A stretch of 64,000 nucleotides of DNA from Podarcis bocagei (Eukaryota): assembly GCA_964188305.1 (NCBI GenBank), contig OZ076892.1; one strand, given 5' to 3'. The translations under genes and the position numbers were made by a program. Below, piece after piece: positions 50,114 to 62,022 of this stretch; the stretch's first letter is position 1, and each line of letters begins with the position of its first letter. Below the pieces are notes generated by a model. The model was not told where the DNA came from, did no database searches, and saw only the letters and a list, made by a program, of their open reading frames with translations.

Positions 50114-50472
50114 TATCCAAAATTACAGAATAAATCCATCAGCTCGAAAATTTGCCTATTCTGGCTACATAATAAGAGTCCACTGGATCATCTGGTCCAG
50201 CATCTTGTTCTCATGGTGGCCAAACAAATGTCTGTGGGAAACCCACTAGAGCACTCTCTCTTCCTGAAGTTTCCAGCAATTGGAATTCAGAAGCATTACT
50301 GCCTATGACCATCAAGGAAGAACATAGCCATCGTGGTTTGTAGTTATTGATAGCCTTATCCTCCATGAATACCCCTTGACATAGAATTATCCTCCTACAA
50401 TGACTTGTCCAACCCTCTCTTAAAGTGGGTTTGCATTGCTGCCTCCAATAGAAGCAAGTTTCTCAGCTAGTA

Positions 50473-50695
50473 TAGTGGTACCTCGGGTTACAGACGCTTC
50501 AGGTTACAGACTCCGCTAACCCAGAAATAGTACCTCGGGTTAAGAACTTTGCTTCAGGATGAGAACAGAAATTGTGCTCTGGCGGCGCAGCGGCAGGAGG
50601 GCCCATCACCTAAAGTGGTGCTTCAGGTTAAGAACAATTTCAGGTTAAGAACGGACCTCCGGAATGAATTAAGTACTTAACCATAGGTACCACTG
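50473..50695 (+). mobile_element. Tc1/mariner-type MITE family A copy
   Basis: TA-(T)AGTGGTACCTC...GGTACCACTG-TA. Confidence 0.85.
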
Positions 50696-50717
50696 TAATT
50701 GCTTTCAAGTGATTCAG

Positions 50718-51224
50718 TGTCAGGGACTGGGCAGAGGAGGAATGGCAGAGACCGCCTCCCCAGCCTGACCCTTCCAGGGTGGAGGAGGAGGAGGAGGAGG
50801 AGGAAGAGGAAGACAGTTTAGATTTACAACAGGGGTTTGCAGGAGGTCACAGCTCAGAGGAAGATGAGGGGGAAAGTCGGGAAATAATGGGAGAAGAGGA
50901 GGAAGCAGCAGAGGGGCAACAGCGGACATACATGGTGTCTTTAGAAAGCATTCCAGATCCCCCTTTCCCAGAACCCGACGAGCCTTGAAAGTAGGAGAGC
51001 AAAGAGCTCAAAGACAGAGGGCACATAGCAGCACCCGCCGAAGTGACGAATGAGGAAGTGGGAGAGACGGGTGGAGATTCACTCCAGACAACGCCATTAT
51101 CCAAGAGGCTGGGTTCTATAGCTTCTCCCTCTAATTACTGAATAAAAAAGGATAGTAAGAAACCTTCCCTTGTCTTTATACTTTCCTGGGCAACCAGCTG
51201 GAAGTTGTTGACAGCATCCTGACA
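50718..51224 (+). mobile_element. Probable solo LTR
   Basis: TGTCAGG...CCTGACA termini, internal AATAAA near 51141, and 5-bp TSD TTCAG/CTCAG. Confidence 0.7.
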
Positions 51225-51791
51225 CTCAGACTAAGATTTGTCCTAGCTTTACTCCTTGCAATTCTAACTGGGTAGGCCAAGATCTGAAGTAGGAACACAG
51301 GAAGCTGCTTTAGATCCTTGGTCCATCTAGCTCAGCATTGTTGACACATTGGCAGCAGCTTTCCAGGGCTCCAGGGGGCGGGGAGATATATTTCACAGCT
51401 CTACCTGAAGATGCTGAGAGTGCAACTGTTGTGCCACAACCCTCCCACTTACTTTCTGTAAAAGGTGACATCAGTGCCAACTTGAATAAAATATTGGGGG
51501 GCTCCAGGTAAGCTCCGCCTTTAATAATCAATAAGAAGATGCAGCACACACAAAGACTATTTGAATGGCAATGCCTATCAACGGGGGAGGCTCAAATATT
51601 TCATTGGAGGGGTGAAGACCCCTTGGTCCCTAGGAGTTGGCTTTGCTCCCCATTTCTGGAATGTTCTCCCCAGGGAGACTCGCCTGGTGCCTTCATTACA
51701 TATCTTAAGGCATCTGACGGAAACATCCCCCCCCCCAAACAGGCCCTTGGCTGTTAAATGATCTATGTGGGGGGGGGTATTGTCATTATTA

Positions 51792-52032
51792 CAGTGGTAC
51801 CTCAGGTTACAGACACTTCAGGTTACATATGCTTCAGGTTACAGACTCTGCTAACCCAGAAATAGTACCTCGGGGTAAGAACTTTGCTTCAGGATGAGAA
51901 TAGAATAGTGCTCTGGCAGCGCGGCAGCAGTGGGAGGCCCCATTAGCTAAAGTGGCACCTCAGGTTTAGAACCGTTTCAGGTTAAGAACGGACCTCCGGA
52001 ACGAATTAAGTTCTTAACCCGAGGTACCACTG
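51792..52032 (+). mobile_element. Tc1/mariner-type MITE family A copy
   Basis: TA-CAGTGGTACCTC...GAGGTACCACTG-TA. Confidence 0.88.
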
Positions 52033-52689
52033 TATTATGTTATGCATTTTTGTGTTTTTATGTTGTAAACTGCCCTGTGATCTTTGGATGAAGGACAGTA
52101 TATAAATATAATGAATAAAGGAAGAATAATACCGTAAATACCAACAGCATCTAAACCCACCAATTAAGCCATAACATACAATCAGCTGAGCCAAGAAGAG
52201 CAATTGAATGCAGCAGTAAGCAAGCCTGGCTAGTCCTTTTGGAAAGTGACATATAAAGCCTTAGGTGGTTTAAGACCCCTGTACTTCAAGGACTGCCTTT
52301 CCCCACATGAACCCGGACCCTGCAATCATCACTGGAGGCCCTTCTTCATGTGCCCTATCCATGAGAGGTCCTGAGAGCGGCAACAAGGATGGGCCTTTTC
52401 ATTGGTGTCCCTGTCATGGGATGCTCTCCCTAGGGAGTCATGCCTGGCACCATCTTTATCCAGTTCTAGATACCAGGATAGGACTCCCTCTCCCTGGCTT
52501 TTGACCCTTAATTTGAATGGTACTGTGGCCTCTTTTACTGGAGTGGGACTTGGAGCCCTGCTGCCTTGTTTAACTGTGCTTTTAGTATTTTATTTGAATT
52601 GTTGTGTTTTAAGTTTTTATTGAGGTTTAAAATGGTATTCTTGTAAGTTGCTTCAAGTTACCTTGTAGGAAAAGCAACGAACAGTAACA

Positions 52690-52775
<86 letters not shown>
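52690..52775. repeat. Compound (AAT)n(AAC)n microsatellite between old L2-like fragments
   Basis: Direct reading. Confidence 0.9.
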
Positions 52776-52776
<1 letters not shown>

Positions 52777-54298
52777 AAAAATTCCACAAAGAGGGAGCCT
52801 CCATTAATAAAGGCCTATCCCTTGTAACCACTTGGCCAACCAGAGAAAGCAGACACACTCTTAAGAGGCCCTCCAACCAACAACAATCTCAGATGTATAC
52901 ACAGGAAGTGTTCTTTGAGTCATTCATCTTCAAGAGGTGGGTCAACACCCCAAACTAAGTTATGTTGCCGCTGTGGCACCAACGCCACTTTTTTCTTTCC
53001 TTCCTGGTAGAGAGAGATAAGGCCCAAAACTTCAAACGTATGCTAAGAAGAGCAAGTCCCATTTGCAGACTGGGGTTAAAGGTGGATCCTTGGTCTATAA
53101 AAGCTGGAGAATATTGCTTTAAGGCACCTTGGTCCCACACCATTTACGGTCTTAAAGGGCAAAATTAGCACTCTAAATTGTTCCTTTAAACTGTGGCTGG
53201 AAACCTGCATATAGTTCTTTAAACCCAAGTGATTAGTTCCTGTTAGCAATCTGGTTACCACACTTTGGACCAGGTGCAGTTTTGCAAGACCAGGGCTTTT
53301 TTTCCCCCCAGCCGGAACTCACTGGAACTAGAAAATAAGCCCTTTACAAGACTATTCAAAGGACCTTACAGAGTCCTATATCCCTGGCCTAGACTTTTAA
53401 ACTTGATATGCCAGTTACTGAACTCAACACTTTCTGCATGCTAAGTAGGGAGCAACAGTGACTTTTGCAACCTATCAGCTTGTCTTGAATGCAGTGGAAG
53501 GAATGCAGTGGAAGGAATGCAGTGCAGGTCTTGCAAGGAAGCCTGCTTCCCACCCTACCCAGCAACCGAGCTCCTGCAAAGATTATCTTCATTACTTTGC
53601 AGACGAGCTATGGTCCCTGTATACTGTAGAGCCCAAACAGGATATGTAGCAGATTTATTCTGCTTAAAGCTAACGCAGGGACTGTTGAACTCTGTATTCT
53701 TATAAGCTATCACATTCTCCAGAAACCATTCCAGAGGCTAAATATAACACTCTAATTGGAGGTGGGTGTGGAGTCAGTAACAACAAGCATCTTGTTGGCC
53801 ATTGTGAGGACAGGATTCTGGAGTAGATGGGCCAGTGGCCCATTAGGCTAGTCCTAATCATCTGGAGGGTTGCAAGACCCTCCAATGTTGCCTGATTTTA
53901 ATAAAGCACCAAAACATCTCTCTGGTCAGCTGAGCTCAACCACATGAAAGGCCAGTGTTTCTCAGCTCTGGACTGGGTGGTGGTAAAGGAATGGTGTGGA
54001 ATCTGACAGGCAGTGCCACATCCAAGGCTGGATATAAATAAGAAGCTAAGTAGGTGGGTGTTGGCTTGGTATACTAGGTTAGTGGGGCTGTGCCCCATCT
54101 GACCTAGTGGGCCAGCCTCCATGTCTGTAAAGAGATTTAATTTGGGGGTGCGGGCTGGAGGAAAGAGATACAAACAATAAGTAAATTTGTATGCAAGTGA
54201 GCAAAATGGCACCCACCTTCTAATAATGCCCCTGACAGCCGCTGATAAATTATTTCCTGGTCTCGACTTTAGCTTCTGTCCCAATGGAGACCCTAGAA

Positions 54299-54435
54299 CA
54301 GCATTTTTCAAACTTGGGTCTCCAGCTGTTGTTGGACTACAACTCCCACCATCCCTAGCTAGCAGACGTGCCGGCTGAGGCTGATGGGAGTTGTAGTCCG
54401 ACAACATCTGGAGTGCACCAGGTTGTAGAAGGCTG
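54299..54435. mobile_element. Short hairpin hAT-type MITE (representative of ~10 GAACTACAACTCCC...GGGAGTTGTAGT elements in the window)
   Basis: Internal inverted repeat TTGGACTACAACTCCCA/TGGGAGTTGTAGTCCGA and imperfect TSD CCCTAGAA/TCCTAGAT. Relatives lie near 16125, 18950, 28040, 28630, 31272, 33615, 38710 and 39820. Confidence 0.7.
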
Positions 54436-54857
54436 TCCTAGATCTTTCGCTGCAGGCCGTGTCTGGCACCACCAGGCACATGAGGCCCCAATGTGCTGTG
54501 CAGGGCAGCTGGGCAAGCGCCACCAAAGTCCTGCTTGGTGGGATCAGCATCGGAGGTCAGACTAGCCTAAGGCCAGACTGCTTCATTAGGGGAGATATTT
54601 TGACAGCTCAGAGAGGAACAGCCGCCAAAGGGGAGGGGGGCGTAAGGGGGGCTTTGGGTGGGGTGATGGGGCTCGAAGCACTGAGGACATAAGGTCCTAT
54701 TTAAAAAAATAAAATAAACACCATTACTGGAAAGATCCCAGGTTTCGCCTGCTTTAATCCAGCAGAGACCGAAAAAGGCCAAAGTTCCACAGTGATTTCT
54801 CGGAACATAAGAAGAAATCTCCACAAATGCAATAAACATTCCCCCTTTCCTGAGCAA

Positions 54858-55191
54858 GGCCACATTCACACCATACATTTAAAGCAGTGTTACACCACTT
54901 TAAACAGTCACCGCTTCCCCCAAAGAATTCTGGGAGCTGTAGTTTGTTCTGGGTGCTGAGATTTGTTAGAAGTTCCAATTTCCCTTTACAGAGCCGCTAT
55001 TCCCAGAGTGGTTTAGCATTCAATCTCTTTTCCCAGGGAACTCTGGGAACTGTAGCTCTGTGAGGGGAACATGGGGTTCTCACAACCCTCAGCACCCTTT
55101 AGCAAACTACACTTCCCAAGATCCTTTGGGGGAAGCCATGATTGCTTAAAGTGGCATGATAGTGCTTTAGATGTCTAGTTCAGGTAGGGCC
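54858..55191. mobile_element. Long palindromic MITE, PIF/Harbinger-like
   Basis: Imperfect ~100-bp terminal inverted arms starting GGC and ending GCC, flanked by CAA/TAA. Confidence 0.6.
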
Positions 55192-56166
55192 TAAGTCCTA
55201 CTCAGCAGGGACCCACTGAAATTAATGGACCTAAGTTGCACAGTCTCACTGACTTGAATGGGTCTCTTTTGATTCTCTGCTATCAGGTGTCCCGTGGTTT
55301 TTTGTTTGTTTGTTTTTCTTTATTTCTTCCCTCTCTCTGCTGCCCCCCATCCTTTTAGTCTTATTCCCCAGGCAAGGGATTAATTGAAGTAAACCCATTG
55401 CCATGACAACCACACAACGTGGAGCTTTAATCAAACAAAACTCCGATAAGATGGGAAAAGGGAAGTAAAGACGGAGAAAGCAAAACCGAAAAAAACCCTA
55501 CAACAACCCTGGGGGAAAATATTAAAGATCCACAGTGAAACTATACCAGAACAGACACAGGTAGCCTCTCTCTGCCTCCACTGCTGACTTGGTGAATGTT
55601 TCATACAGAGTTCAGTCAGAGGCCAGGCACCCTGACCGTGTGCGGGGCAAAGTGGTGCTTGACACCAGTGAAGGGCAAGAGACAGCCAGGTCAGGGTCTG
55701 GGTGGGGAAGCTTCTTCCAAACTGGGGGCCGCATTCCCTTCCTTGGGCCACATGCCATTGGTGGGTGGGACCAGGGGCAAAAGTGGGCAGAGCAACACAT
55801 GTACATTTTACCTCGGTGCAGCAGGCTAGTTTCTACATGTACTCACACACACATCTCTATCAAGGCAAGCAAGAGGCATGATCAGGGTCCAAGGACACGT
55901 TTCAAGGCAAGCGAAAACACGCAAGGAGGGTGCAGAAGAGTGTGGCATGGAGAAAGCAGGTGTAGCTAAGGAGGGGTGTGGCCTGAGGATAGCCGTAGGG
56001 GCCAGGCAGAGAGCCCTAGAGGGCTGCTTTTGGTCTCCAGGCCAGGTTCCCTGTTCATTTGAAGATAAAACCACCCAACTCCCTTCCCATTCTGTAGGCT
56101 TCTCTGTAGCATGGCACCGGCAATACCAGTGGCTAACGTGCCCATGCCTTTCGTAGGTCCTACACC

Positions 56167-56727
56167 CAGTGGCATAGGGACGCGGGTGGCATTATGGGTT
56201 AAACCACAGAGCCTAGGACTTGCCAATCAGAAGGTTGGCGGTTCGAATCCCCACGACGGGGTGAGCTCCCATTGCTCAGTTCCTGCTCCTGCCAACCTAG
56301 CAGTTCGAAAGCACGTCAGAGTGCAAGTAGATAAATAGGTACTGCTCCAGTGGGAAGATAAACGGCGTTTCCATGCACTGCTCTGCTTCGCCAGAAGCGG
56401 TGTAGTCATGTTGGCCACATGACCCGCAAGATGTACCCCGGCTCCCTCGGCCAATAAAGCGAGATGAGCGCCACAACCCCAGAGTCGGCCACGACTGGAC
56501 CTAATGGTCAGGGGTCCCTTTACCTTTACCCCCAGTGGCAGAGCTTCATGCTCCAGCACCGGAGGTGGAGAGCAGGCAGGGATGGGGCATGCATTCTGGG
56601 GGCGTGGTGCGCTGCCTACAGGGGCGGGGCCCCCAGCACGGGTGGGGGGCAGCAGTGATGGAACCCCACCGGGACTGCGCTGACGGGGGCGGTGTGCTCC
56701 CCCCGCCCCCCTCTTCCTCCACCAGTG
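56167..56727. mobile_element. hAT (Tip100-like) MITE of the 35198 family, interrupted by the SINE
   Basis: CAGTGGCAGAGCTTCATGCTCC...CTCCACCAGTG; outer TSD CCTACACC (56159-56166) / CCTATACC (56728-56735). Confidence 0.8.
56177..56530 (+). mobile_element. Sauria-type SINE, full length, inserted in the end of a hAT MITE
   Basis: Highly similar to 15719-16068; (ACCTTT) tail; CCCAGTGGCA duplicated on both sides. Confidence 0.9.
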
Positions 56728-59025
56728 CCTATACCCAACAGTCAATATCTGCCAGGCTACGCGCCACAAAGGTTTTTCCTAGCCTATCCTGCTTTTCTTT
56801 CCAAGCCAGGAGCTTGCTTCAGGCTAGCATGCACAATGACCAGCCGTGAGCCAGGCAGCTGTGGGCCCCACTCTGAAAATAAGCCAACTAGCCAATTGTG
56901 AGTGCTGATGAGGGGCAACGTGTATCGATCAATAGAAAATGATAGGCATGCATACCTATATGTCTGTAAAAGAGATAAAGGCTGCACATTTAATGCACGT
57001 TATTTCTTTCTCCCTGCCCACAAGGTACCATGTGAACTGCAATCTAAAAGATAAGGCGCTTCTTCAGGCAGCGCAAAGTTAAACTATGGAACTCGCTTCC
57101 ACAGGAGGGGCAGCCATGGCCACCAACTTGGAAGGCTTTAAAAGAGGATGGAACATGGAGGAGAAGGCTGTCCATGGTTGCAGGAAGCAATGCTTCTGAA
57201 AAACCAATGGATGGAAACCACAGGAAGGGAGAACGCTCTAGTGCTCAAATCCTGCTTGCGGGTTTCCCACTGAGGCATCAAGCTGGCCATGGTGACAACA
57301 GGATGCTGGAGAAGACTGGCCATTGGCCTGATCCTGCAGGCTCTTCTTACGTTCTTAGTTTACCAAGAGTACTGGGAACTGTAGCCCCTTGAGGGGTAAA
57401 CTGCAGTTCCCAGGATTCATAAGGAGAAGTCATGTGCTTTTTAAATCTATGGTGTGTATGCAGCCATAGAGAGGCAGGGGAAGCCTACCCTTAACAATGA
57501 TTATTTTTCAGCAGGAATTTTTTTTGGGGGGAGGGGGGAGGAGAGACGCACCAATTTCCCTTTGGTCTGCTTCATCTGTCCCTTCTCTCTCCTGCTGACT
57601 ACTCATCACTGACTCCCGCAAGGGCAGTTCTGAGACAGACACGCCTGCAATTCATCAAAGGGGAGGCATAAGTCTTCGATGACAGGCCTACTGTAGCGTA
57701 TCACACCGATGCAATGGGATGTTAGCACAGCACAGCAGAGGAGGGGAGAGGAGAGGAAAGCCCTAGAGGTTGCTAGCCCTCTCGCCACAGCAAGCCAGTC
57801 TGGACCTCGCTTTAATGAATCTGTGTATAATTGCAGTAAAGAGCCAATCTCCAGAAAGGGGTGGACAAAATCTGTTGACTGCGATTTCTCACCTAAGTTT
57901 CTCACTTTCCCAATCTTCAGTTCATCACCGTTCTGCAATACTTTTGCAATTTTGCCCACAGATCATCAGGGTTTCATTTATCTTTTTGTCGAAGTATTTC
58001 TATACTGCCCTCTCATAAAATATCGGTATGTGTGTATGTGCGTGCACACAGCAATATATAGAGAGACATTAAAAGCAGGGCAGAACAATCATTAAAAATG
58101 ACTGGCTACTCAAGAAAATCTTAAACAACTGCATAGGCTTGTCGGCATAAAAAGGACTTCAAGAGATGCATCTCTGCTGGAAGAACTGATGGTTGCAAGG
58201 AAAAATCGGTATAAAATGAGATTTCCTTGGATGCCAAGATCCAGGGTTGGGGCAAGTACTCTTTGGTGAGAGAACCCAAGCAGAGATTTAAAATCAAAAG
58301 ATATTCAGCAAAGTAAAATGTGGGAATATAGGCTGTTAGACCTTTAAAGTATGTCCTTGTGAGTTCCAAAACTCCCTTCTTCCCTTAGCGTAGAAAAAGA
58401 CCACACATTTGGTAAGTTAAAAATGGCTTGCTTACAAACTCTACAAACTCAGATTCATGTGCTTTCCCATACAGCATTCGGAAAAAGTTGCACAGGCAGT
58501 AAAAACTGGCTTAGTTACAGCGGTGAAAGTTCCTAAATTATTAGTATAGGAACACAAGAATGGCTTGTGAGAGCCATGCGGCTAAGCTGGAGCAAGCAGC
58601 TTGTTTTGGAAAAGCGTACATTAGGTTAAATTTGCCTTTCAATGCAAATTGAATCAAATATCTCTCCCAACAGCAAGCCATTCTGTTTTCAGATTTTAAA
58701 ATAATGATAAAAATTAGTCACCTTTCTTCTAGCCTCTAGCCACCTGTTTGGCTACAAGATAGGGTCAGCTTTAGACAAATATTTCCCCTTTTTAATTTTA
58801 TCTGGACAGGGCGGCTTCTGTCTTTAACCCAATCACTGATGGGAGTTGGGCGGCAGACCAGCTGCTCCCAGAGCCTGAGCCCAGGTCAAAGCAACATCAA
58901 AGACAGAATCACAAGGCCTTTCATCTTACATGTGGCACCTGAGTTTCCCGTTTCATCTCTCTCCCCCTTTTGTGTTTGTAGTCTTGAAAGAAGGTTCTGA
59001 GTTGCAGCACAGAAGTGAGGGACAA

Positions 59026-59026
<1 letters not shown>

Positions 59027-59057
<31 letters not shown>

Positions 59058-60396
59058 TTATTATTTGTACCCCGCCCATCTGGCTGGGTTTCCCCAGCCA
59101 CTCTTGGTGGCTTCCAACAAAGATGAAAAATACACTAAAATGTCACATATTAAAAACTTCCCTGAACAGGGCTGCCTTCAGATGTCTTCTGAATGTCAGG
59201 TAGTTGTTTATCGCTTTGACATCTGCTGGAAGGGCGTTCCACAGGGCGGGCGCCACTACCGAGAAGGCCCTCTGCCTGGTTCCCTGTAACTTGGCCTCTT
59301 GCAGTGAGGGAACCGCCAGAAGGCCCTCGGAGCTGCACCTCAGTGTCCGGGCAGAACGATGGGGGAGGAGACGCTCCTTCAGATATACTGGACCGAGGCC
59401 GTTTAGGGCTTTAAAGGTCAGCACCAACACTTTGAATTGTGCTCGGAAACGTACTGGGAGCCAATGTAGGTCTTTCAAGACCGGTGTTATATGGTCTCGG
59501 CGGCCACTCACCAGTCACCAGTCTAGCTGCCGCATTCTGGATTAGTTGTAGTTTCCGGGTCACCTTCAAAGGTAGCCCCACATAGAGCACATTGCAGTAG
59601 TCCAAGCGGGAGATAACTAGAGCATGCACCACTCTGGCGAGACAGTCTGCGGGCAGGTAGGGTCACAGCCTGTGTACCAGGTGGAGCTGGCAGACAGCTC
59701 CCAGGGATACAGAATTGACCTGCGCCTCCATGGACAGCTGTGAGTCCAAAATGACTCCCAGGCTATGCACCTGGTCCTTCAGAGGCACAGTTACCCCATT
59801 CAGGACCAGGGAGTCCTCCACACCAGCCCGCCCCCTGTCCCCCAAAAACAGTACTTCTGTCTTGTCAGGATTCAACCTCAATCTGTTAGCCGCCATCCAT
59901 CCTCCAACCGCCTCCAGACACTCACACAGGACCTTCACCGCCTTCCCTGGTTCTGATTTAAAAGAGAGGTAGAGCTGGGTATCATCCGCATACTGATGAA
60001 CACCCAGCCCAAACCTCCTGATGATCTCTCCCAGTGGCTGCATGTAAATGTTGAAAAGCGTGGGGGAGAGGACAGAACCCTGAGGCACCCCACAAGTGAG
60101 AGCCCAGGGGTCTGAACACTCATCCCCCCCCCACTTTCTGAACACGGCCCAGGAGGAAGGAGCGGAACAACTGTATGACAGTGTCCCCAGCTCCCAGCCC
60201 CTCAAGACGGTCCAGAAGGATGTTATGGTCGATGGTATCAAACGCCGCTGAGAGATCCAGCAGAACTAGGAAACAGCTCTCACCTTTGTCCCTAGCCCGC
60301 CAGAGATCATCAACCAGCGCGACCAAGGCAGTTTCAGTCCCATGATGAGCCCTGAATCCCGACTGGAAGGGATCCAAATGGTCCGCTTCTTCCAGG
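59027..60396 (-). mobile_element. 5'-truncated L2-clade LINE with a frameshifted reverse transcriptase
   Basis: Motifs DPFQSGFRAHHGTETAL, LLDLSAAFDTIDH, GVPQGSVLSPTLFNIYM, YADDTQLYLSF, SRLDYCN and HITPVLKDLHWLPV are spread over several frames; (TTA)n tail at 59027-59056. Confidence 0.92.
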
Positions 60397-60751
60397 CAAG
60401 GTGGGAACCCACCATTTATCCACTGATCTGACAGCAGGACATGCCCCCCCTCCTCCAACACATGTACACATGTTGAAGCACTCAGGAAGTGTGCCCAAAT
60501 TTTGCTGCAGCTATCAGACAGGCACATTACCTGGCTTGGCACTAGTCACTAAGGCAGAGCCTGCTGTTGACTACTGGCCTTGCTCCTCCTTTCCACTGGT
60601 GCTGAGCAACTGCAAGTCACAGTTTAAGATCATGGGAAGAGCCCTGTAGCTGGATCAGTTCAAAGGTCCATCTGGTGCAGCATCCCATAGTCGTGCAGTG
60701 GCCAAAGCCTATGCAGTGCATCCTGCTTGCTTGGATTCTGATTCTGGACCA

Positions 60752-61292
60752 TGTCAAGGACTGGCTGGGTGCGGAGGAATGGTGGGAAGAACCAGCTGGG
60801 GAACCACCAAAGGAAGAAGGCTCAGAGGTGGGGTGGGTGGGACAACAATGCGTGATCAGAGGGAGAAGACTGGGAAGAGGAGGTGTTGGAAGCTGCAGGG
60901 GAAACAGGGCTTAGTGAGCTGGGAGAGTCATGGCAGAGAGATGTGCAGAATCAGAGGCAGAAGCTGAAGCAGGAAAGTGGGGGAAAGGAGAGTCATAGGC
61001 AACAAGCTCTCCACAACACCACCCCCAGTCTTCCAGGACCAGAAGAGGCGTGAAGCAGGAGCAAAGACAGGCACACAGGTGCATTCTCCACTTGCTCGGG
61101 AAAAATACCAGAGAGGAGGAGACAGGGGAGACAGTCTCAGCAACTGATCCATGGGGCAAGACCTGTTCAGGAAGAGTTCCTGTGATCATTAGGCATGGCA
61201 TTCCACCAAGTCTGTGCAAATCCCGTTTTTGCTAATAAAGAGTTAACTCCAACTTTGAATAGTGTGACTTACTGCCAGCTCGCTCTGTGACA
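60752..61292 (+). mobile_element. Probable solo LTR, distantly related to 50718-51224
   Basis: TGTCA...TGACA termini, AATAAA near 61234, TSD GACCA/AACCA, and shared start TGTCA(G/A)GGACTGG...GAGGAATGG. Confidence 0.68.
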
Positions 61293-62022
61293 AACCAGAC
61301 CTGTACATGGTTCTGGTTGCTGTCCCGTTGGTGCGGCTGCTGACAAGTCACTTGTTGCCCAGTAAAAACAGGACAAATGCACACATGGGCGGAAGAACAA
61401 GGAGGGAGATAGAATTACAAAGTGAAGCCAAAAGGCTCAGCAGCGCAAGAGACAGTGAAAAGGCAATCCAGTCAAAAGAGTAAGGCAGGAGCCTGGAACC
61501 TTTTATTCCACAAAGGGCTGTGTTCCCTTTGAGGCAGTCTGCTGTGGCTGAATGCTGATGGTAAGGGATGAGCTATGCTCAAACCAGTGGTGAGTGACAC
61601 CAGATCTCAGAGGGGGGTGTGGAATCCCTTATCTCTCACTCTCTTTCTTCAGCCTCCTTCTCCCCTTCCTTGACACACTCATGAAATTAAGATGAGGGTT
61701 GTGGGTTGTCCACCCTTGGAGCAAAAGATACTGGATGGGAGCAGGAATAAGCCACTTTCATCCGGCATGTAATTGGTAAAGCCAGATGAATCATGTGTTA
61801 TGTGATAAACAACTTTCTATTGGGGGTGGGGAGGGAATTCCTGCGGCACCTTAAAAACCAGCGACATAAACAAGCCACTCCAAGTCTCCATTGATTCCAA
61901 GCTCAATACAGTCAAATCTAGAAATGAGGAACCCATCACACCAGCCTGATATGTGCTGATTTATGCTCCATACCAACAGTGCATTTAAAGCACATGGTTT
62001 TCCCCAAGGAATCATAAAACTG

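Noticed and set aside
50779-50988. Acidic poly-Glu ORF
   Set aside because: GTG start within the purine-rich solo-LTR-like element.
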